From Octopus sinensis (taxonomy: Eukaryota): a stretch of DNA of 64,000 nt. Both the position numbers and the translations under genes were made by a program. The notes below the pieces were generated by a model, which did not search any database, was not told the origin of the DNA, and saw only the letters and a program-made list of their open reading frames with translations. The DNA lies in contig NC_042999.1 in the NCBI RefSeq assembly GCF_006345805.1, forward strand, positions 143,654,001 to 143,718,000. The letters run 5' to 3'. Positions 1-12,469 of the stretch are shown one piece after another (the first letter of the stretch is position 1; each line of letters starts with the position of its first letter).

Positions 1-1578
1 CGGTTAAGACAAACATACAGAAAGCCAGGAATTCTATCGGGACAATGAAAGCAGTCGCTTAACCTGTTAGAAATAGCAGCTAAATTTTCTTCAAATCACG
101 CCTATCTAAAAAACAAAAGCATTAAAAGGGACACATTGGATAATGTAACCCTGAGAAAAAATATATTAAAGATGGGATGGTCGTAGTTAAGTGCTTTAGT
201 CAAACAGACTGAAGAGTGGAGACTACGTACAACTCATTACATTACGTATAAAGTAAATAATAATAATAATGATGAAATTGTGTATAGTGCTCGGGTACAC
301 TCTAGCCGTAACAACTCTCGAAGGAGTATGTCACAGACTACATTATTAAACATGTTATTTCAGATGTTACAAGTGCAATTTAAGAAAGATTTTGGTTGCT
401 ATTTCTAGCAGATTAAACAACGACGTAGACACTCGCGCAGTCACTAACTCGCTATGACCTGCTATTTCAAACAGCTGATTCATTGCGCCATATTCTCAAC
501 AGTAAACAATTTCTTAATAAACTAAATACATTAATATATTTTATGCCCCGTTTGCTTCGTTGTACTTAACAGAATGAATGAAAAACCGGGGTTAAGCAAC
601 AATACCTACTCATAAGAAATTGCAAAAACACAACTTATATCTTTGTCCCATACACATAATACTAGGAAAGTTACAAACTCCCCCCCTCTCTCTATATATA
701 TATATATAGATACATACATACATATGTATATATATAGAGAGAGGGTGGGGTATTTAGGACTTCGTCTATAATTCGTTTGCACGCGAATACAAAATCTATT
801 CTTTCTCTTTTTATAGCTAGATTTGCTGTTAGGAAATGAGAAGGATCTGGACACATTCGTAACCAAGCGAAAGGAAAAGCACGATCATCAAAACATTCCA
901 TTTTCTCACAATCCAATAATGTGAGAAAAAGAAAGATAGCAATAATTTTCTGAAAGTTTATTGAGCTATAATCCGAAAACTAAAATTTCTTCAAAACTAG
1001 GTAAAGTGTTCGAAGATTTACTATCAACAATTTGTTTGTAGCAAGAGTAGTTGGAAAACTTAAATGAAATGTAGTAATGGGTGATGGAAGAAAGTGTCAC
1101 ATATAACTTAATAAACTGGAAAAAAAATTTAACTTTAATGATTATCGCAGTCAACTGAATTTTGTTGTTCGTTTAGTTGGTGGTCAAATTATTTACAACT
1201 ATAATGTTTAAGCTTTAAGTTAAACAAATACACAGAAACACAGAGTATGAAAATATTTGTAACAAGAAAATATGCATTTCGTTAGTAAATTAACAATTGT
1301 TGAAAGATAAGTTATTGGAAATATTTATTCGTTTTGTAAACAATACTTTACATTTATTTGACAGTAGTTACCACGTAGAACTGAAAAAGCTATGAAAATA
1401 ACCAAAGTCGTATATAAAGAAAATAACACGATATTGTAACATTCTGGTTAAGTCGAAAGTAAAAAAAAAGCTATTAAAGATAATTTAATAAAATAAGGAT
1501 AGAAGTTCAATTAACGCTTGAAGTAATTTACCTTAAGTGGCTGTATGTTATTGTTCTCCGAAAACAGCGACAAGTTTT

Positions 1579-2345
1579 GTACGAAATTTGAAATTCGTAC
1601 TATGTTGACGTCACTGTCAACGAACCAATCAGATGATAATTGCCATTTGCAGAGGTTATGAAATAGATTGTTGTTATTTATTCCTGACGAAATGGACTTA
1701 TGATCAAAAGCATTCCACCTGTGACCATCACTTCTTTTCTACATCAAGATCTACAATACTGTACAACGTTTTCTTATCCCTTTTTGAATGACTGGTTTAA
1801 GTCGAGCGACCTTACAGAGACTCTCTTGTTGGTTCGCGTCACTTCGTGGAGAGAAAAGCGTGACATGTCGAAGAAAAGTTCTCTGCCAGAAACTTTAGAC
1901 TTCATCTCTTCTCGTGGCATACAAAAATGTCTTTTACTGTCGCAGATCTCCACTTGCTATTTTTTAGATTCTATTTATGTATTTATTTATTTTTACTTTG
2001 CTAACAAGTGTCACAGAATAACTCAAGTTTACTTCGCGATTTCGTATTGAGAGGGGGAGGTCGATTGGACTTGTTCATCATCTTACGCAACTCGGCCAAA
2101 GTTTTGAGTGAGATTTGGTAGAAGAAAATTGTTTGGAGTTTCGTTCTTGGTTGGGGATAGACTTAATTTGTTGCATGGGGTACTTTAGTTGTGTTCATTT
2201 AGTTGCAAGCATTTAAACCCGGTTTCCAGCCTGAAGAAAGCTTCCCTACCTCTCCCACTCGGTCTCGGAAGCCCTGAAGGGGTCGTGGGGGTGTTGTCCT
2301 TCTTTATCTGACTGATAGTATCAATAAGAAAACAGAACCGGTGAG
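1579..2345 (+). promoter_or_regulatory. Candidate Pol II promoter plus non-coding first exon
   Basis: Perfect CRE TGACGTCA at 1606-1613; NF-Y-type AACCAATCAG at 1623-1632; reverse CCAAT at about 2063-2069; G-rich GAGGGGGAGG at about 2051-2060; CpG-enriched, repeat-free sequence ending in a donor-like CCG|GTGAGG at 2340/2341. Confidence 0.5.
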
Positions 2346-2689
2346 GTAGTTCATAATTATTTTTTAATTACACACACACACACACGATAAGCTTTCGCAT
2401 AATCTCCGTCTTTTAGCATTAAAAACTCATAAAGTATAGGTAAACCCAAGGCTATAATACAAGATTAATTTATAAGTTACTCGGGGATGACACGGACAGT
2501 ATAGTGTCAGCTAAAATTTTTTACATCAGTGCCGGAGTTAGACTTAATGGGGTCATAAGTAACATAAAGTTCGGAGGCCTTTTGTTAAAAATTACAGTAT
2601 GTTTACCACTATCGAAAACTTATGTCTTTTAATTATTTTGAGATCTTTGTGGATTGTGTTGTCCTCACCTGCAACTTTTTAGCTTATGT

Positions 2690-2880
2690 CTCTTTTACTA
2701 TCTTTCACTTGTTTTAGTCATTTGACTGTGGCCATGCTGGAGCACCGCCTTTAGTCGAGCAAATCGCCCCCAGGATTTATTCTATCGGTCACTTTTGACG
2801 AACCGCTAAGTTACGGGGATGTAAACACACCAGCATCGGTTGTCAAGCGGTGTTGGGGGGACAAACACAGACACACAAAC

Positions 2881-2950
<70 letters not shown>

Positions 2951-3606
2951 GTTATCAGTAATAATATAGGGTGAAATTAATAAATTTGGAATAATCATTA
3001 ATTTCACCAAGTAGATTTCGGCATGTAAAAGCCCCATTCGAGGAAAGTTTAAGTAATACTAAGTAATTAAGGGTTTAGCAACGATTTGCCTCACCACACA
3101 CCGATACAATATTAAGTCACCTACGTACGTTTCGAAATTAAGTTTTAGGAAAGCATAAGAATTAGATAATTATGTCTTACCCAACTATTTTTCTCAGCGT
3201 AGGACACTACAATTATGAATAATTGTATATTAAATTTGGAGATACTATTAAATTTGGAGATTATCAGTAATAATATAGGGTGCGTTTGCCTTCTAAGTGC
3301 TGTGGTTTTACTGAGATCTCCCTTTTAGTAGAAAGAATAGCTATAACCCTTTGACTGCTATTTCTAAACTCGGTGTGTGGTGAGGCAAATCGTTGCTAAA
3401 CCCTTAATTACTTAGTATATATATATATATATATATATATATACGACGGGCTTCTTTCAGTTTCCGTCAACTTAATCCACTCACAAGGCTTTGGTCGCCC
3501 TGAGGTTATAGTAGAAGACACTTGCCCAAGGTGCCATGCATTGGGACTGAACCCGGAACCATGCGGTTTGTAAGTAAGCTACTTATCACACATACACTCC
3601 TACGCC
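2690..3606 (-). mobile_element. tRNA-derived SINE family B (bipartite, microsatellite linker), split by an insertion at about 2950-3418
   Basis: 5' part 3443-3606 (head rc of ...CACTCCTACGCC, GGCACCTTGGGCAAGTGTCTT core) and 3' part 2690-2880 both match the contiguous copy at 11353-11868. Confidence 0.8.
2950..3418. repeat. Insertion with 49-bp perfect inverted repeat and 22-bp direct repeat (Penelope-like architecture)
   Basis: 3056-3104 is the exact reverse complement of 3370-3418; TTATCAGTAATAATATAGGGTG occurs at about 2951 and about 3261; (TA)n on both sides. Confidence 0.7.
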
Positions 3607-3900
3607 TAAATCCAATACTATCTTTACACTGTTTAGTTTCGTTCCTTTAAGTTCAAATTTCAAAATTCCACCAATGTCTGCTTTGCTTTCCATCTCTGTG
3701 AATAAAAGTAAGAAGCAGGCATATAATGGAATCAGATCAATAATCTTATTTATGATACACTCTAATATATATATCAGTGGCTTTATACCAATGGAAAGAA
3801 TGGAACTGAACACGTTTAGCTTGGTGTTTTACAATCCCCGTCTCCTTCTGTCCGTATTTGTTGATAATTCTTTCTACTATAGGCCAAGGCTTGAAATTTT

Positions 3901-4855
3901 TTAACACTAAGAGGACCGGACTTTTCAACAATTAAAGACCAGAATGAGTCAATTGACGCAAAGATGTTTTTCAATTTGAAAAGATAAAAAAAAAGAAAAG
4001 AAGTAGGAAACCTTTATTAAATATATGAATCTATTGAATTTTATGACTTCACGGTGATATTAATCACAGTAATTTGATATTTTGAAAGAAATTTATCCAT
4101 ACAGAATAAAAAGAAATTTATCGAAATTCTAAACATTCATCGCAATTTTTAGCGCACATTTGCCATACAGAGGCTTTTTACAGACTCCACCCATTCCTGT
4201 GGTTCTGTTTCGGCATTTTCTTTTCACACATGTACGTCTGACTTTATTCCTAGGGGTAGATGTTTCCTCAATAGGGTGTTTGATAATACTTGAACTACTG
4301 TGAAAGGAATCACCACAAAGTTCTTCAACAACTTTTTGAATATATTCCCGTTGACTTATGACTGAGATGCTAACACTTGTTAGCCACTAGCTGTTTATAA
4401 CAGCAACAACCAAAATATTATTTAAAAAGGGTAAATTGGCCATTGTCTACTGTTTACTTTGATTGAATAAAGCCTTGCCATTTGTTGAAGCACAACTACG
4501 TCTGCCTTATTTTTATTACAAAAAAAGTATGGTGTTAGGCTTCTCCTTGGGGTTATTTACAGAAGGAACTTCTACATGCTGATATAAGGTACTTAAAACA
4601 ACAACAAACTTTTTGCATTGGTATGATGTGTGACAGTAGGCTTCTCTGTGGATTTCAAAACCACAGTTTCATGGAGTAGTTTCACCTGTTCTGTTTTAAC
4701 GAATTGTTCCGACTAAACAAGTTTCGTTTTGCGAGCTGTAAAGGCTATGCAATTACTGAATATCTAAAACGTCACATGTATTTATAAGCAAAAGCAGGTG
4801 CAAGTTTCAAAAGTTACCAATGCGTCAACTGACGCATGTGGTCTTTATAGGTAGA
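3901..4855 (-). mobile_element. Internally deleted piggyBac fossil (C-terminal transposase remnant)
   Basis: Minus-strand frameshifted translation gives STLYQHVEVPSVNNPKEKPNTILF..NK..DV..QMARLYS....RQWP and REYIQKVVEEL...RRTCVKRKCRNRTT...CKKPLYGKC (piggyBac Cys-rich C-terminus). TTAA at 3901; subterminal TGAGTCAATTGACGCA (3945-3960) versus TGCGTCAACTGACGCA (4821-4836). Confidence 0.85.
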
Positions 4856-4925
4856 ATGTGGTTTATTATTTTTTTTACAGTTGATGTTTTTTACAGTTCA
4901 ACTACTATAAACGCACGTATCATAC

Positions 4926-5159
4926 CTATTTCTTTACTACCCCTAAGGGGCTAAACACAGAGAGGACTAACAAGGACAGACAAACGGATTAAGTCGATTA
5001 TATCGATCCCAGTGCGTAACTGGTACTTAGTTTATCGACCCCGAAAGGATGAAAGGCAAAGTCGACCTCGGCGGAATTTGAACTCAGAACGTAACGGCAG
5101 ACGAAATACGGCTACGCATTTCGTCCGGCGTGCTAACGTTTCTGCCAGCTCGCCGCCTT
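4926..5159 (-). mobile_element. tRNA-derived SINE family A (MetaSINE-like central domain), full length
   Basis: Sense strand starts AAGGCGGCGAGCTGGCAGAAACGTTAGC (A-box-like), has GAGTTCAAATTCC (B box) and CCTTTCATCCTTTCGGGGTCGATAAA; many near-identical copies in the window. Confidence 0.85.
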
Positions 5160-5700
5160 GAGCGGACCTATGATTAATGGCATTCTAGCTGTGTCCATTC
5201 CAATAATTATTTTCAGGTAATATGTATCGTGGCTACATTGCCCAGTATGTACGAATTTAAGACAGCGATTAAGAGTGCGATTTCAAAAAGATTAGGAGAT
5301 TGTTATTTCTAGCAGATCGAACAACCATGCAGAAGTTTACTCGTTAGTTCCAAACGCCTTCTTGTCAAGATACACGATTAGGTATCGTGACAAGCGATAC
5401 TTCTTACTGGATAGCAAGCCTAACGTGTTTAACATCTAGGAGGATTTGAACTCATTAAAGCTCTCGTTAGTTTTACTCTGTCACTGCTACTTAGGTACAT
5501 TGATCTGTACCTCCTCGCTTCACTTATTTATAGCTAAATGGGCTGAGTCATTGAGAATTAAATGTCTTTGCCGATTTTATATTGCAGTACTTGTAACGTG
5601 GAAATATACTAACACTGACAGGCTGACGACCAAGATGCCTATAAGTGAATTAGTATTGCTTTGTTTAGTTAAGCTCTGTACGAGGGAGTGAGAGAGAAAG

Positions 5701-5739
<39 letters not shown>

Positions 5740-6179
5740 ATGAAAGAAAGGAAGGAAGGAAGACAAAGAGAGAAAGAGGGAGAGAACGGAATGGAGACAG
5801 GGATTGGGAGCAAACAAAGGTATAAAATAGCATCAAATGATTAAATAAAGATCTGATGTTCAAAAATCAAATTCCCATTCATCTGTCGAATGCTATATGA
5901 AAATCCAATAAACAGATAAGCACAGAATCAAAGATCAAATCACCGAGGGAATGTGATATTTCTAATTAATACAGCTATAAGGAAATATCGAATTATCGAA
6001 TTTGGTATCGAACCAACAAACCTTGAGATACTTGTGATAAAGAACCGATTGAAGTCAGATAAAAATTCCCCAGCAACCTTTATGGATTGGTGATCAAATA
6101 GGATGGATGAGAGACCTTCTAAATTCTAAACATCATGATATATCAATGTTTATATTTCTGCCATGAATATCAGTGGACA

Positions 6180-6563
<384 letters not shown>

Positions 6564-7153
6564 AAAGCGGCTGGAAGCAATATAAAAACAGAAATGAAAA
6601 TTTCAAGTGTCATTAAAGCGACTGAGAGTGCAGGGTAGCACTTACATTGCTAAAGACAAAAGTCAAAGACCCTTATAGCTGCAAAAAACCCATGTCTATG
6701 CATGGTAACTGCCCCACAATGAACGAGGTCACTATACTAGCTAGTCACGCTTAGCTCATTAGAAGTGACTACTCTGTCGCTGATGGTTAGGCTAAATCCC
6801 AGCTGTCAGTATATACCATATACCATATATATATATATAGACTACATACTAATCCAACACAGAGGAGTATGATGCAGACTCCCATGCAACGGAAATTTAG
6901 GAGATGTGATCGATGAAATTATTTCATCTTACGCCCCCGCACAAAAAGAATCGGGATGCATGAGAGGTGAATATATTTATTTCAACACTTCTCATCCTTT
7001 CGATTACGGCCGTTTCGCAGTCTTCTTCATGTAACAATAATTTCAGTGCATAATAAATTATATTCATATGTCTGCACTAATATGCATGCTACGCATTATA
7101 CAATACAATTGTACATTCGCAAATCATTGCAGATAAAGGAAGCTAGCTAGATA

Positions 7154-7470
7154 TGGCCGGTCTAGGGGTTTAACTGTGTTTCAAGTCCATAAAGCATTAG
7201 GTTTACGGCGTTTCTTCAAACCCTAAAACCCGTTGGCTTATGGTCTCTCTAGCAACAAAAGAATATTTCTCCCCGATCGCTAATTAACTGACCGTGTTGG
7301 TGTGTGGATCCCAGGACGCCAGGAGGAATTTCCTGAAGTGCAAGTAGGGTCCGAAGATTTAATTGCACAGTTTACAACACTTGGTCCCATTTATGTAGGG
7401 GTCTGAAGAAACGCTGTAAAGCTAAATGCTTTATGGACGTGAAACCCAGGGTGACCCCATAGACCGGACA
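7154..7470. mobile_element. MITE, about 317 bp, about 75-bp imperfect TIRs, TA flanks
   Basis: TGGCCGGTCTAGGGG...GTCCATAAAGCATT...GCGTTTCTTCA at the left is the reverse complement of TGAAGAAACGC...AATGCTTTATGGAC...CCCCATAGACCGGACA at the right; the right flank is (TATC)n. Confidence 0.8.
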
Positions 7471-7583
<113 letters not shown>

Positions 7584-7670
7584 GTAAACACCCCCCATCC
7601 TTGGGCAAGTGTCTTCTACTATAGCCCGGGCCGACCAAAGCCTTGTGAGTGGATTTGGCAGGCTTGTTTT

Positions 7671-8246
7671 AATATTCTTTTCTACTCTAGGCATAAGGCC
7701 CGAAATTTTTGAGGAGGGGGCCAGTCGATTAGATCGACCTGAATACGCTACTAATACTTAATTTATCGACCCCGAAAGGATGAAAGGCAAAGTCGACCTC
7801 GGCGGAATTTGAACTCAGAACGTAACGGCAGACGAAATACCTATTTCTTTACTACCCACAAGGGGATAAACACAGAGAGGACAAACAAGGACAGACAAAC
7901 AGATTAAGTCGATTAGATCGACCCCAGTGCGTAACTGATACTTATTCAATCGACCCCGAAAGGATGAAAGGCAAAGTCGACCTCGGTGGAATTTGAACTC
8001 AGAACGTAATACCTATTTCTTTACTACCCACAAGGGGCTAAACACAGAGAGGACAAACAAGGACAGACAAACGGATTAAGTCGATTAGATCGATCCCAGT
8101 GCGTAACTGGTACTTATTTAATCGACCCCGAAAGGATGAAAGGCAAAGTCGACCTCGGCGGAATTTGAACTCAGAACGTAGCGGCAAACAAAATACCGCT
8201 TAGCATTTCGCCCGGCGTGCTAACGTCTCTGCCATCTCACCGCCTT
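7671..8246 (-). mobile_element. SINE family A head-to-tail trimer
   Basis: Three consecutive units (7671-7840, 7841-8012, 8013-8246); only the rightmost has a complete tRNA head. Confidence 0.9.
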
Positions 8247-9029
8247 GAGCTAGTTTTAATATTGCAATGCTAAATTAATTTATATAAAGTTTTCTATGAT
8301 ATCTAAGTCCTATATCCCATAAAAACTGAAACGCTTCTAAGTCAGCTATTTTATCTGTATCCATTCTTCGGTGAGTAAACCTCAGGAAGAGAATTAACCA
8401 GTATGTTATAAAAGCATCTGAGCAATAACCAATTTATTCCCTATTATCATCTTCTGGGGAATCATGATAAATTCAAAGCGTTTCAGTTTTCTAGAAATAT
8501 ATAATCGCAACTTCAGCTTCCAACAATGGAACATGCAGAAATCTGAACATATTACAACTTCTCTGGCAGAAAAGAAAACCGAAGAAAAACTGAGCTGAAA
8601 AAGTGTTTCACATTTTTAACTAAACAATTTTGACCGGTGCATGGATAACACTTTCAAAAATGATTTCGTGAATGTTCTCTTCATTAAATGAACGTTCATT
8701 ATGTATTAGGACTTTAACACTTTCTTGGATGTGACAGCATAGTAATTCTCATTGCAATTCCTCCCAGACATGTCATGCGAATTGTGCTAACACTACTTTC
8801 AATCTTTCGAAAATTCTTTCTAGTTTTTCAGACAACAATATATTCACAAACCGATTGTTGTTTCAAGCATTCAGGAAACAATGAAATGATAAGATAAGCA
8901 TGAACTCATGGTTTAAAATTTTTGGCACATGGCCAGTAATTTTAGAGGAATACATCAATCCCAGTATTTGATTGGTACTTTATTGTATTTCAGCTTAAGT
9001 CATCAATGTTAGTAAGACAGAATTCTCCC

Positions 9030-10135
9030 GGGAAAATGCCATCAATGATCTATATTGCGAGAGAAAAACCAGCAGTCTCTGGATTTAAATTTTTGAAGAT
9101 GGTCTGATTTTAATGTTTGGTGGTAATGTAAGTGGAGATTAAAAAACTCATACAGCTTGTTTATAGATCAAACAAGCCAAAGGCCTTAACAATTATCCTG
9201 AAATATAATTTCCGAAGCACATGCAAATTCAGTAAGAAAAGGCTTGCATTGAAGCTTCATTTTAACTTCATAAATTTGCTCATAACAAGCAAAAGAATTT
9301 TTCAAAGTTGTGGCAACCTCTCTATTTCGTTCATCATTTGGATTATGAGTTGCAAAAATTTGTTTGTTTGCATATCATATCCTTGAGGTAAAACAATACC
9401 ATGAGAGCCAAAAGATCTCTTCCATGTGAACATGTTTTGGATCATGCATACAGACCTCTAGCATTTTGAAAAATCCAATATCCAAATGTTAAAATCATTT
9501 TTCCTTTATCACCAACACAGTCTCCTTTCTTCAGCCTATAGACCAAAGAATTATTTCAACTTTTGGCGGATATCATTCGTGAGAAATATTTGGAACTCAT
9601 TAAAACCACAGATAAGTACTCTTAAAGAACTATGGAAAAGCTTTAATGTTTTAAATGCAATTAATATTATGAAGCATGCTTTTAATAGAATTTCAGAGAA
9701 GGCTATGAACAGTGTTTGGCGAAAATTTATCCCGATTTAATTGCTAATTTTGAAAGATTTAAAAATCTTGAGGATATAAAGTAACGAAATCAAAAAATTA
9801 TTCAGCTTGCTGACCACGTAGATGTTGAAAGTTTTACAAGTGACGTAGCAGATCTATTTAAAATGTGTACTGATAGTAATTAGAAATGGAAGAGTTGATT
9901 AGAATGTTAATAGGAGAAAATGATAATGAAAGGCAAAAGGAAAACGAGGAAAAAAGTCATCCTGCAAGCAAACAAATTTTTGCAACTCATAATCCAAATA
10001 ATGAACGAAATAGAGAGGTTGCCACAACTTTGAAAAATTCTTTTGCTTGTTATGAGCAAATTTATGAAGATAAAATGAAGAAAAAGAAGGGGAAAAACAG
10101 CGCTGTAACTAGAAAGATCTTGAAAATTTTCTGAT
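9030..10135 (+). mobile_element. Tigger/pogo transposase fossil with an internal inverted duplication
   Basis: Frameshifted remnants KMPSMIYIAREK..SGFK..KDGLILMFGGN.SGD, VLDHA, LQPIDQRIIS and LKELWKSFNVLNAINIMKHAFNRISEKAMNSVWRKFIP match Tigger-type DDE domain motifs. Confidence 0.8.
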
Positions 10136-11261
10136 GAAAATAAATCACCACATCTGAAAATTTTAATCACAAAAATTGACAATGATTGTTAATTAAAGTT
10201 TTAGCGAAAAAAGATAGTTTGTGTTATATTTTGAAGGATTATTTTTGTTCAAATGAGTTTATTTTTAATTAAATGCTAATTATAATAATTATTTTGTGCT
10301 TCTTTTGTTTATTTTGAAAAAATTAAGATGAAAATTGTTGATTGGAACTAAAGTCATGATTATTATAACATTTTTATCGGAAAATACGAATTATTGATTA
10401 AGGAACATTAATTATCAATGAATTAACATGTAATGTCGAGAACAACATGTATGCATGTATATATAAGTGTATATGTGTGTTTGTGTGCGCAGTACTTTTA
10501 TGTGTATGTGCACGCGTGTAAGCTAACAACATTATCCAAGGGATCCAATAACATGAATATGGATAATGAAGTTAAAAAGGTTGCTATACTGAATTCCGTA
10601 GAAAAAGAAAAATTTTTAATTTTTTGATACATTTCTCTGAGTGGGAGAAGGGGAGGTAACTAAGAATAAATTTCTAGAGCTCGGGAGAGGACAGTCTGAT
10701 ATTTATTGCTGGCGAAGGACAGTTATGTATACTTGTTTCGGTATATTAGATCTCGTCAGTGTATTAACAGTATTGCCTTTTGCAGGTTAGAAATTATAGT
10801 TTTGCGTACCATAGAAAAGAATTGGGCATATTTTTGATCGATGGTAATTTGTATAATTGTAAATAACTAATAATTTGTTGCATACGACATCTCTTCATTC
10901 CATTTTAACTTAATTATTCAAATTCATGCCAAATTCTCCCTTCAATTATTTCTCTTAGCTTTTATTATTTCTAATTATGCATATTACTATTAACTGAATA
11001 TATAGCTAAATCTTTATCGATGCGCAAAAATCTAATTTCTTATCTGCTGGGAAGTTGATTCTGTATTCTATTGACATGCCGAATCATCTATTTATACTTG
11101 TCCGTCGCCTGTAACAAACGTTCAAGTGTCCTTTCTGCAGCAGCTACATTAACTCTTAAATTTTTTTCTCTCTTCTTTAAAATAATTAACCAATGTCAAG
11201 AGGCTTTTCTGTTTATCGCCTCCTACAGGAAAAAGAGTTCTAAAAATTATGAATTTATTGC

Positions 11262-11337
<76 letters not shown>

Positions 11338-11352
11338 GTGTGTGTGTGTGTG

Positions 11353-11868
11353 AGTGTGGTAAGAAGCTTGTTTCCCAACCACATGGTTCCGGGTTCAGTC
11401 CCACTGCGTGGCACCTTGGGCAAGTGCCTTCTACTATAGTCTCGGGTCGACCAAAGTCTTGTGAGTGGATTTGGTAGACGGAAACTGAAAGAATCCCGTC
11501 GTGTATATATATATATATGGGGAAACAAACACAGACACAAAGGCACACAGTCATAGATACATATGCATTTATATATATAAATATGTATATACATACATAC
11601 ATACACACATACTCGCGCGCACACACACACACATATATATATCTATGAGTGTATGCCTTTGTGCCTGTGTTTGTTCCTCCATCCACCGACTGACAACCGG
11701 CGTCGGTGTGTTTAGGTCCCCGTAAGTTAGCGGTTCGGCAAAAGATATCGATAGACTAAGTACCAGGCTTTAAAAAGTACTGGGGTCGATTCATTCGACT
11801 AAAATTCCTCAAGGCGGTGCCCCAGCATGACTGCAGTCCAATGACTGAAACAAGTAAAAGATAAAAGA
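11353..11868 (+). mobile_element. SINE family B, near full length
   Basis: tRNA-like head (GGTTCCGGGTTCAGTCCC B-box region), CORE-like GGCACCTTGGGCAAG segment, TA/CA microsatellite linker 11502-11650, 3' part ending GAAACAAGTAAAAGATAAAAGA. Confidence 0.85.
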
Positions 11869-12469
11869 AGATATACATATATGTATTAATGCTTGTTTTT
11901 TATCGTCGAGTTATATACTTGGAATATATATGGCATCTTTCTTGTAAAATGTGTGTGTGTCTGTGTGTATGTATCTATATATATTTAGATAGATGTGTAT
12001 GTATACATACAGACACATATATTGATTCATGTATATATACATATATGTTTGTGTGTGGATCCAATGTTAATTGCATCCATGCAGCCGCATATTGTGATGG
12101 ACTAAATCTACCAACATTATGATGGGTCACCGAGCCCCCAGAATCAGCTGTTGGTCTTATAAGATCTTTCTTCCACTCCTTTAATTTAGTCTGTCGTTTG
12201 TACTCTGTGTAAGTTGGACCTATGAATATGAATATGTACATATTTATACTTAAAAATTCATCAATTGAAAGTCTCCATCTTCTACTTTCTCTCATTTTAC
12301 ATGTATATATATATATACATATTTTGAATTTAATATATTTAATATATTTGATGTATCTATCAATAATTTGTTTATCCGCATACCTCTCTCTATATATTTA
12401 TATATGCATCTACACATACATACATACATACATACATACATACATACATACATACACACAAACCTCCTC

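Noticed and set aside
1700-2050. 116-aa ORF in the promoter-like region
   Set aside because: No domain similarity; more consistent with promoter or 5' UTR sequence.
3105-3170. Hammerhead in the 2950-3418 insertion (minus GAAACGTACGT)
   Set aside because: No CUGANGA core upstream.
7671-8246. CRISPR-like or regularly spaced repeat array
   Set aside because: Units are about 170-230-bp SINE copies without unique spacers, in a eukaryotic context.
10786-10843. 58-nt exon-like segment between TTTTGCAG and GTAATT
   Set aside because: Splice signals are plausible but the peptide is unrecognisable and has no supporting neighbours.
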